Assembly: GCA_963739455.1 (NCBI GenBank)
Contig: CAVUAK010000001.1
Location: 1,815,229 to 1,879,228, forward strand
From: an uncultured Gemmatimonadales bacterium
GTDB lineage: Bacteria > Gemmatimonadota > Gemmatimonadetes > Gemmatimonadales > GWC2-71-9
Length of the DNA: 64,000 nt
Reading direction: 5' to 3'
Below, piece by piece: positions 55,802 to 64,000 of this stretch. Numbering within the stretch: the first letter of the stretch is position 1; the number at the start of each line of letters is the position of its first letter. Both the position numbers and the translations under genes were made by a program. The notes beneath the pieces were generated by a model that saw only the letters and a program-made list of their open reading frames with translations, searched no databases and had not been told where the DNA came from.

Positions 55802-57276
55802 CCGCGATCCTCGCGCTCGACCAGGGCACCACCGGCTCGACGGCGCTCGTCGTGCGCGAGGATGGCCGTATCATCGGTCGCGGCTACCGCGAGTTCACCC
55901 AGTTCTTCCCGGAACCGGGCTGGGTCGAGCACGATCCACTTGAAATCCTGCGCGTGTCGCTCGAGGCAATGCGCGAAGCGGTAGCCCAGGCCGGCACACG
56001 ACCGACGGCGCTCGGCATCACCAACCAACGGGAGACGGTGGTTCTCTGGGACCGGCGAAGCCTGGAGCCGGTGGCGCGAGCGATCGTCTGGCAGGACCGT
56101 CGCACCGCTGCGCGCTGCCGCGAGCTGCGTGAGGCCGGGCTCGAGACGATGATCCGGCGTCGCACCGGCCTCGTGTGCGATCCCTACTTTTCCGCGACAA
56201 AGCTCGAGTGGCTGCTCAGGGACCAGGCACTTCGTGCCGCCGCCGTGCGTGGTGACATTGCGGCGGGAACAGTGGAGAGCTGGCTCGTGGCGCGACTCAC
56301 GGGCGGTCTCCACGTCAGCGACCACACGAACGCATCTCGCACCCTTCTCTACAACCTCGCGGCGCGGGCGTGGGACGATGAACTCCTGGCGCTCTTCTCG
56401 GTACCGCGCACGATGCTCGCCGAGATCGTACCCTCGGCCGGCGTGCTGGGTGACGTGCGCGAGGAGCACCTCGGCTTTCGTCTCCCGATCGCGGGTCTCG
56501 CGGGCGACCAGCAGTCGGCTCTCTTCGGTCAGGGTTGCACCCGTTCCGGCATGGCGAAGAACACCTACGGTACCGGCGCGTTTCTCCTGGTCCATGCGGG
56601 AGATGCGGTGCCTGAACCGGCGCCGGGCCTGCTTGGTACCGCGGCGTGTGGCCCTGCCGGCGAGCCGGCCTATGCCGTCGAGGGCAGCGTCTTCATCGCC
56701 GGTGCAGCGATTCAATGGCTGCGCGATGGCCTCGGAGTCATCGCGACGGCGTCCGAGACGCAGGCAATGGCCATGAGCGTCAGCGACACCGGCGGCGTCA
56801 CTTTTGTGCCGGCATTTGTCGGGCTCGGCACGCCGCACTGGGAGGCTGAAGCGCGCGGAACCATTACCGGGATCACGCGAGGCACCACGCGGGCGCACCT
56901 GGTGCGCGCGGCGGTGGAGTCGATTGCGTTTGGAACCGCCGACCTCCTCCGCACCGTCATGGACTCGAGTGCGCTCGAGGTGCCGGTGCTGCGGGTCGAT
57001 GGCGGCGCCGCCGCGAACGATTTCCTCATGCAGTTCCAGGCCGACTTGCTCGGCGTTCCGGTCGAGCGTCCGGCCATGCTGGAGACCACTGCACTCGGCG
57101 CTGCCGGCCTCGCGGGTATTGCCACTGGCGTCTGGTCGTCGGTGGAGGAGCTTCGCGGTGGCGATGCCGTGCGCCGGTTTGAGCCCGCGATCAGCGCCGC
57201 GGAGCGGGCAACGCGCCTGCGGGCATGGGAGCGCGCGGTGCACGCAGCCCTCGCCTGGGCACGCTATCAGGCCTGA
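55798..57276 (+). CDS. glpK: glycerol kinase
   Basis: LALDQGTTGS, GDQQSALFGQ and NTYGTGAF. GTGA overlap with mtnA. Confidence 0.9.
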   Translation: MTAILALDQGTTGSTALVVREDGRIIGRGYREFTQFFPEPGWVEHDPLEILRVSLEAMREAVAQAGTRPTALGITNQRETVVLWDRRSLEPVARAIVWQDRRTAARCRELREAGLETMIRRRTGLVCDPYFSATKLEWLLRDQALRAAAVRGDIAAGTVESWLVARLTGGLHVSDHTNASRTLLYNLAARAWDDELLALFSVPRTMLAEIVPSAGVLGDVREEHLGFRLPIAGLAGDQQSALFGQGCTRSGMAKNTYGTGAFLLVHAGDAVPEPAPGLLGTAACGPAGEPAYAVEGSVFIAGAAIQWLRDGLGVIATASETQAMAMSVSDTGGVTFVPAFVGLGTPHWEAEARGTITGITRGTTRAHLVRAAVESIAFGTADLLRTVMDSSALEVPVLRVDGGAAANDFLMQFQADLLGVPVERPAMLETTALGAAGLAGIATGVWSSVEELRGGDAVRRFEPAISAAERATRLRAWERAVHAALAWARYQA

Positions 57277-57282
57277 CCTCGG

Positions 57283-58744
57283 TCAGGGATTGCTGGACGG
57301 AATTCCCAGGGCGTGACAGGCGGTGCACATCTGCGGGTTCGCCTTGCGCAGTTTCTCGGCGGGGAAGTTTGGCCCATGCGGATTGAAGCGCCGCCCGCCG
57401 AACGACGAATGACACACCATGCAGTCCTTCTCACTGTGACAACTGACGCAGGTCTCGAGACCCTGTCGGGCGGCGGGCCCGTGCCCCGCCGCGAACGTGG
57501 GGTTTCCATCGTGGTAGATCGCCTGCCCGCCGATGAACCGGCCCCCTGAGGCGATGCCGTTCTGCGCGTGACAGGTCTGGCAGAACTGGCCCGGGTTGTG
57601 GCAGTCGGAGCATGAAGCTTCACGACCATACGCTGCGACCGGGTGCCGAGTGATGAAATCGGCCGGGTGAAATGTGCCTTGCGTGCCCGCGTTTGGGCGG
57701 TGGCATTGCAGGCATTGCTCCTGAACGTGGCATCCCGCGCATGTCTGCGGCGATGTGCCCGCCAGTTGCGCATGGCCATCGGTGAAGTCGGTGCCGTGCG
57801 TGGCGGGGCGGGCGCGGGTCACGGTGGCACCTGCGCCGCGGCCTGGTCCCGCCACGGCGAGCACTCGCACCTGCTGGGGCGGCACCTGGTGGCACGCCTC
57901 GCAGCTGGTAGCGGTATGACACGAGCCGCATTGCTGGGTCACTTGCTGCTTCGACAGCTTGCGGCCGTGGGAGCTCGCGAACGCCGGCACCGAGTGCGAT
58001 GCCGGAGCCTTCACGTCCGGCACGGCCATGGCGAGTGAACGCGCATCGGGCTGGAGCGCCTGGATCGCGGGCACCTCGGGCGCGTTGACGTGACAGGTGA
58101 TGCAGTAGTCCCGCGCGTGACAGGTCGTGCAGGAAGGTGACACGTTGTACTTCACGCCGTTCAGCACGATCGGCCCGGCGAACTTTCCATGTCCCGACTG
58201 GAAATCCGGCGAGGCATGTGAAGCAGGTGCCTTCCAGGTGGCGACTTGGGCCTCGGTGACGCCTGGTGGCATCTCCCAGAACGGCACGTGGCAGGTGGCG
58301 CACTGCCCCGGCGGCGCGTCGAAGTGGTCGGTGCCCGCCTTGTGGCACGCCAGGCAGTTCCCGATCACGTCGCGCTGCACGTTCATCCACTTCGCGCCCG
58401 GCTCGCTGTGGCAGGACGCGCATGCCAGCCCACTGTCGCCTCGCGGCTTCGCGGCAACGACTCGCTGGTGGGCCTCGTGAGTAAACCGGAGGTTCGACGG
58501 AAGCGCCCCTGTGCGCGGTGCCCAGGTGACCGACTTCTGGATCTTGTCGTCATGGCAGGCCGCGCAGTCGGCCGGCGCGGGCCACAGCGGCTTCCGGGTC
58601 TCCGCCGCTCCTGCGTGACAAGTCTCACAGCGCACAAAGAGCGTGGCGTGCTGCGTGTGATCGAATGGAACAGCCTTCACCGCAGCGGCAGCCAGCAGGG
58701 CGCTCGCAGCGAGGGCGAGGAATCGCGAAGTGCGCGCTGGTCAT
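57283..58744 (-). CDS. 16-haem c-type cytochrome (c3/Hmc-like haem pairs); frame interrupted between ATG and signal peptide (~58730)
   Basis: 16 CXXCH motifs counted in track ORF 57283..58680. The signal peptide RFLALAASALLAAAAVKA has no in-frame start. ATG 58742-58744 overlaps the barrel-gene stop (ATGA) and is one base out of frame. Confidence 0.8.
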
Positions 58745-60249
58745 CGCTGGTATCCCACCGCACTCGGCATGCGCTTCACGGCGTCGGGCAAGCCGGTCCG
58801 GTCGGCGCCACCCGCGCTGAATACGTAAGTGACGTAGGCGCTGATGCGGGCCTGGTTCCAGTCGAACGCGGCCGCGTCCGGTCGCTTCCGGTTCTCGTTC
58901 ACGTAGACGATGGATGCTCCGACGAGCACCTGCTGCGTGGTGCGCAGGCTCACGTCGAGCCCCGCCCAGGTGAGGTAGCTGTCATCGAATCGGTATACCA
59001 GCGGGCGCTGGCTGTACGCGCCGTAGAGGCGCAACACCATCGCGTCGAATGGATTCCAGCCGACCGAGGCGTCGCCTCCTGCGGCCACGGCACCGAAGTT
59101 CCTCTCGTACATCCAGCCGGCATCGAAGGTCCAGCGTGGCAGCGCCGTGACCGTGGCTCCGACCGCCCACAGCGTGCCCGTTGGTGCGGCGCTGCCGAGC
59201 GCCGTCTCCGCGCCGGTGTTCTCGTACTCCTGCCACTGTATGCGCCCACGCAGCTTGAGCCAGCGGGTCGCCGAGACGATCGCCGATGCCTGCACGCCGT
59301 TCCACGGCACCGGGGAGAACGCCGGCCAGATCGACCAGAGATCGAAGCGCGGCATGTACCGCTTGTAGCCCGCCGTGGCCGAGACGCGCGGGGCGGTGAA
59401 GCGCACTTCGGCATCCGCGCTGCCGACCCAGCCCTGGGCAAGGTCGTATTCCATCCAGCCAGCCACGGCCAGCCGGGGGACCGGGCGGACCACCGCGCTG
59501 CCCGAGAGGAAATCCGACATGAGGTAGTCGGTGGAGCGGTCAACCTGGCGCTGCCACTGCGCCTGCGCCTCCACTGGGCCGCCGACAAAGCCCACGAGCA
59601 CGCCACCAATGAGGTTTCGTTCACCGGGTATGAAGTCGCCGAGTGGGGCGGTGACCGGGTCGTTCACGCCTACCGAACTGGAGCGCGCGAGTCCCAGGCC
59701 GGCATAGCCGGTGGCTTCGAGGCCGTACTTCCGGTAGCGCAATGTGGCCCGGCCGCCATCGAAGCCGGCGAAGCCGAGACGCGTTGTGATGGTTTGCCGT
59801 CCCGCGAGGACGGCGAACCAGTCGTGCTGGTAGCTGAGGTAGCCTTCCCAGAACTGGAACGCGGGCGTGGTCGCGGCGAACGCCTCGTCGCCCGCGTTGC
59901 CGTTCATGCGGAAGTTGAGGTGCGCGCTCAGTCCGGCGGTTCCCAGGCCCCATGCGGTCACGTCGGTCGTGAAGACGAGCGGGGCGTACTGCACCCTGGG
60001 GCCGGCGGCGTAGAAGTAGCACCAGTTGGGTGCGCTGCAGGCCACCGCATAGCCCGTCGCACTGTAGAGCCCGCCGCCGTCTCCCACCACCACCTCCGAC
60101 CGCGGAATGCTGTCGAGCAGCCAGCCGCGAGTGGCGACGCTCTGACCGCGCAGGTCAAACGACCCGCGGAAGCCTTGTGCCGATGCCGCCGATACGCCCA
60201 GCGCGATGCCCACTGCCACCAGCGCCACAACGCGCGCGGGGTGCTTCAC
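58741..60249 (-). CDS. outer-membrane beta-barrel protein (candidate porin of a porin-cytochrome module)
   Basis: GTG 60249 overlaps the upstream stop (GTGA). Signal peptide VKHPARVVALVAVGIALGVSAASAQG. About 500 aa, Gly/aromatic-rich with alternating short beta-like segments and no haem motifs. Confidence 0.6.
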   Translation of the reverse strand: MKHPARVVALVAVGIALGVSAASAQGFRGSFDLRGQSVATRGWLLDSIPRSEVVVGDGGGLYSATGYAVACSAPNWCYFYAAGPRVQYAPLVFTTDVTAWGLGTAGLSAHLNFRMNGNAGDEAFAATTPAFQFWEGYLSYQHDWFAVLAGRQTITTRLGFAGFDGGRATLRYRKYGLEATGYAGLGLARSSSVGVNDPVTAPLGDFIPGERNLIGGVLVGFVGGPVEAQAQWQRQVDRSTDYLMSDFLSGSAVVRPVPRLAVAGWMEYDLAQGWVGSADAEVRFTAPRVSATAGYKRYMPRFDLWSIWPAFSPVPWNGVQASAIVSATRWLKLRGRIQWQEYENTGAETALGSAAPTGTLWAVGATVTALPRWTFDAGWMYERNFGAVAAGGDASVGWNPFDAMVLRLYGAYSQRPLVYRFDDSYLTWAGLDVSLRTTQQVLVGASIVYVNENRKRPDAAAFDWNQARISAYVTYVFSAGGADRTGLPDAVKRMPSAVGYQR

Positions 60250-62277
60250 CGGTCGCCCAGGAGCTGCGGACGAAACGCCGATGGCGTGGCCAGCAGGTGG
60301 CACACAGTGCACTGCGTCCCTGCCTGGTGATCCACCTTGGGATCGTGGCAGGCGAGACAGAAAGCGCGATTGGGCTCAAGCCGCGACACGGTGGTTGCCT
60401 GGTGGCAGGCGACGCAGTCCACGTGCGACTCGCGGGTGTGCGCCTCCCAGTTCGTCGTACCACGATGGCAGCCGGCACAGTCGCGCCCGGCGTCATGATG
60501 CTGGTCGTGGCACCCCTGGCACTGTGCTGCCGCGGGGGATGCGGCCAGGGTCACCGGTGTGGTGTGACAGGTGAGGCACGTGACGGCGCCGTGACCTTCA
60601 TGGCTGAATGCCACCTCGCGGGCGCGATCGGGCGCCTTCGGGGCGCTCGTCTGCACGTGAATGGTCTCGCTGACCTGCAGCTCCTGCATGCGCGATGCGT
60701 CATGGCAGGACGAGCAATCGGCCTTCGTGGGCGCCTGGTGATGGCAGATGAGGCACCCGCGCGGGGCCTTGAACGTGACGGTGCTCGCCTTCGACTTCAC
60801 GTCGTGGCAGGTGATGCAGTGGAGTTTCTTGTGGTTGCTGTGCGAGAAGGGCCGGGGCGGTGCTCCTGGTGGGACAGGGTCTGGCGGCGGATCATCGATT
60901 GGTGCGTCACCCTTCCCGTGCGGCAACGGGGGTGCGATGTCCAGCGGACCGGACGTGCGCTGCAAGGTCTTGAGCGTGTCGAAGGGCAGGGGCGGCTTGC
61001 GGCGCAGTGCCGCGCGCGCCTTCGAACTCTGGTGGCACCCGACGCAATCTGACGCGTCCACCCGTGCCGCATGCGGTGTGTGGCAGGTCTCGCAGCGCGC
61101 CGCGATCTTGCGATGCGCTGCGCCATCATGGAAGGCCACTTTCTTCGTATCCGCATGACAGCCCGCATCGGTGCAGCTCTTGAGCGCGTCCTTCGGTTTC
61201 ACGTTCTGGTGCGGATTGTGGCACATGCCGCAGGTGCCGCCGTGCGGGTCGCGCTCCGGATTGAAGTCCGCAAGCCGTTCCCGCATCGCATGGCACGAGA
61301 AACACTGTTTCGATCCCGGTCGCAAGGCACCCTTGGCGGAATCGAAGGTGGCGAGCTCCGGGACCACGCGCGTGAACCGGTGGCAGACCATGCAGTGGAG
61401 CCCCGTCTGCCCCGCCATCTTCCCCAGCCGGATGTTCACGTCTTCAGTAAGGTGACAACCCTGCTGGGAGCAGGTGCTGTCCACCGGCGCAAAGCGGTGA
61501 GCCGAGCGCGCGTGACAGGTGAGGCATTCCACCTTTCCGCGGAGCGCCGAGCTGTCCGACTCCAGGTGCGTGCGGTGGCCGGCGGTCTTCGAAATGGCCT
61601 GCCATGTCGCCTTTGCGGCGCCCAGCTTGTGGCATTTCTCGCAGACGTCCCTGGGCACCTTGCCATGCTCGGGGATTGTCGAGTCGCGGACACCCGACAT
61701 CCACAGCGTCATCTTCACCGCTTCCTTGCGGAAGTCGAAGGCGTGGCAGGTGTGACAGTTCAGCGTGTCGTGCTTGCCCTCGAGCTTGTTGACCAGCGTG
61801 TAGTCGCCGCTGTCGGGGCGCTCCACCACCTGGCCACTCGGCACGAAGACGTGGCACCCGTTGCACATGCGCGGGTCGTTCATCATGAAGTCGTACGACT
61901 TCATGCCGGCCGCGACGACGCCGAGCACCGCCAGCAGCACCACAGCGCCCAGGGCCGCCTTCACCGCCGTGCTTCGGGTCGCGAGGTACTTCACCACCGC
62001 CTTGATGTGCCCCCGCAGCCACCAGAGCGCGGCGATCCCCAGCGATGGCGGCGAGGATGGCGCCGCCCCACATCACCCACGGGGGCTTCTGGAAGATCCA
62101 CTGGATGATCGGGGTGACGGTGTCCGGCAGCAGCGTGTGGTCGACGGTGGAGTCGAGCACCTCGGGGTGGCCGGGCACCCGGATGGTGGCAGTGTCCTGC
62201 CTGCCAACGGAAGCGGCCGCCACGTAGGCGGCCGCACCGTGAACCAGCCGAGTCAGCACGGGACGCCCGCGCTCCAC
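60246..62277 (-). CDS. membrane-anchored multihaem cytochrome c (18 CXXCH + 2 CX4CH), NapC/NirT-like N-terminus; frame interrupted at 62037-62040
   Basis: Track ORF 60246..61997 carries a TM helix (AALGAVVLLAVLGVVAAG) followed at once by MCNGCH. A further hydrophobic N-terminal extension (WVMWGGAILAAIAG) lies in track ORF 61444..62400 and is joined through a GGGG run. Confidence 0.75.
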
Positions 62278-62284
62278 TGGCGGC

Positions 62285-63914
62285 TTACCGGATCGCGGTC
62301 TGCCGTGCACCGGCGGGAGGGGTGTACCGGATGCCAGGCGTGGAGAGCGCATTCCGGACCGCAGCTTCCTGGGCCGGGGAAAGCGCGTTGAGCAGGCCAT
62401 ACCGCGCGCGTACCGCGTCGATCGACCCGGCGATCAGTCCGCGGTAGAGCACGGGGTTGTGGATGCCCTTGGAGCCATCGTTGTGCGGATAGAGTTCCTC
62501 GCCCAGCATCCGCGCGTTGAACAACGCACCCTCGGCCACCGACAGGCTGTTGTCCTTCGCATCGGCGGTGCAGCAGAAGTACGCGGAATCGGTTGCGGGC
62601 ACGGTCGTGCCCGGATGCTGGGCAAGAACCGCAGGCAGCAGGCCGCCATCGGTAGTCTCGAGCACGGTATTGTGGTTCGTGTCGATCCACAGGATGTCTA
62701 CCAGCACCTTGATGCTGGCCCGCGTGCTGTTGAAGAGATTGGCTGCGTTGTTGGCATTGCCATGACAGGCGGTGCAACCAGTCCAGAATCGCGCAGTTGC
62801 CGTGTATTCGCAACTTCCCGCGGTCGGGAGGCCGTTCGCGTCCTTGCACGGGTTGGGCGAGAACAGGTGACCGACCGAGGTGAACTCCGTGCCCGTGGAG
62901 AGGTCGGTGGTCGTGAAGGTGACCACGTGGCACCCGGCGCACAGGCGCGTGTTTGCCGTCACATGCGACGTCTGCACCGGGTTGTCCGGGTCATAGACGA
63001 ACCCGGGAGGCGGCCAGCCGGCGGCCTCGCCGAAGTACACCGCGCCCTGGGACGCGTGGGCACCGCGCGAGTTGATCGTGAAGGACGGCGTCGCCGACGC
63101 GCTCTTGGTATGGCAACTCGAACAGAGGTTGGCTGTCCACGTCCGGATTGTCGATCGGGGCACGGAGCTGCCCGGCGTTTGTCTTGGCGTGCGGATCGTG
63201 ACAGACAGCGCAGGTGAGCGGGAATTGCGTGGTCTTCCCGATGTAGTTGGTAGGCGCGTTGCCGCTCAGCTTGGCCATCGCCTGGGCGCCGCTATGGCAG
63301 GAGACGCCGCACGAGGTCGGCGTCTCAGCCGGCCCGCCGGGTTCATTCCGCAGGTTCGCATGCGCCGATTGCGACCATTGCTCCGCGAACGGGTGATGGG
63401 CCCCCGAATGGCAGGCGACACAGGTCTGTCCCGGCGGGGTTACCAGCCCGCTCGCGAGCGGGATGTTGGTCGAGTTCGGGTTGGTGACGTGGGTGAGGCC
63501 AGGACCGTGGCAGCTTTCGCACTGAACATTGTGATAGACGGAATCGGGCACGGCATTCCAGCCACCGGGAATCCCAGCGGCGAAATAGGTGTTCCCGTTC
63601 TGCGATACGGTATGACAGCCAAAGCACGTCGGCAGTGCGACCCCCGGCGGCAGGGACGCGAGCGTTGCGTATGCGTCGGCGTGCCTGGTGCCGGACCATT
63701 CCGTCTGGTTGTTGACGTGGCAGTTGCCGCAGGTCGTCTGGTTGGTGTGGACGTCATACAGCCCCAGGAATCCGGCCACGCTGTCGGGCGCCGGGTTGAA
63801 GCGGGGCTGGTCCACCTCGACGATCTCGGTATTGGTGCAGGCGCTCGCGGTGAACGCGCCCGCCAGGACGACGAGCGCGAGCAGGGTCCAGTGCGGACGA
63901 AGGTTCGTGCGCAT
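62285..63914 (-). CDS. lipoprotein multihaem cytochrome c (8 CXXCH + 1 CX3CH); frame interrupted at ~63134
   Basis: MRTNLRPHWTLLALVVLAGAFTASAC is a lipobox. Haems 1-6 lie in track ORF 62991..63962, and the rest (LCSSCH, LCAGCH, GCTACH) in track ORF 62285..63163. The junction reads gac gtg gac a gcc aac. Confidence 0.75.
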
Positions 63915-63958
63915 GCGCGTCTCGGGAAGGCGAGGAATGACCGGCAGCAGTCTGCTAC

Positions 63959-63987
63959 ACATTACCGCCCGGTAGTTGTACGGACAA
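63959..63987 (-). promoter_or_regulatory. sigma70-like promoter candidate TTGTCC-17 nt-TAATGT for the cytochrome operon
   Basis: On the minus strand, the -35 is at 63987-63982 and the -10 at 63964-63959, about 45 nt upstream of ATG 63914. Confidence 0.25.
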
Positions 63988-64000
63988 GAGAGCCCTGATG

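Noticed and set aside
55588-57243. 551-aa minus-strand ORF antisense to glpK
   Set aside because: glpK on the plus strand has all FGGY kinase motifs. The antisense frame is a high-GC artefact.
58246-60330. 694-aa plus-strand ORF across the cytochrome/barrel genes
   Set aside because: It has no haem motifs or recognisable domains. The minus strand gives a coherent signal peptide plus barrel and 16 CXXCH.

Overview
High-GC (about two-thirds G+C by eye) bacterial chromosomal segment. It is densely coding, with about 60 protein genes. I saw no rRNA, tRNA, CRISPR array, transposase or integrase. ATGA/GTGA stop-start overlaps are very frequent. Lipoboxes, many signal peptides and an outer-membrane-type barrel indicate a diderm. 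The taxon cannot be established without a database search; Gemmatimonadota-like is only a guess.

Blocks:
- (i) 0.3-11.8 kb: wHTH regulator tail, membrane proteins, Tat metallophosphoesterase and msrA. A long minus-strand peptide ABC-transporter operon follows (binding protein, 2 permeases, 2 ATPases) and runs on into ridA, a phzF-like gene, a csaA-like gene and an M55 D-aminopeptidase.
- (ii) 11.9-19.8 kb: lipoate-ligase-like gene, gcvP, gcvH, coaE, a lower-GC four-helix-bundle gene bracketed by 12-bp inverted repeats, tdk and HU. There is also a DEAD-box-like protein whose catalytic motifs are all degenerate.
- (iii) 19.9-29.1 kb: aminotransferase, then an archaeal-style nurA-herA-mre11-rad50 block plus a coupled GNAT.
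- (iv) 29.3-31.2 kb: structured leader with terminator, then a PTPS / GTP cyclohydrolase I / SDR pterin operon.
- (v) 31-50 kb: secreted hydrolases, fadD-like ligase, tldD/pmbA, ligA, deoA.
- (vi) 50-54 kb: ybjN-like, gyrB, DUF721, recF.
- (vii) 57.3-63.9 kb: four translationally coupled genes, namely a lipoprotein multihaem cytochrome, a membrane-anchored ~20-haem cytochrome, a ~500-aa barrel and a 16-haem cytochrome. This candidate porin-cytochrome electron conduit is the most interesting system here.

Oddity: about 23 single-base reading-frame disruptions are confined to 0.3-10.7 kb and 51.9-63.2 kb, and one of them hits essential gyrB. None occurs in the central 40 kb.
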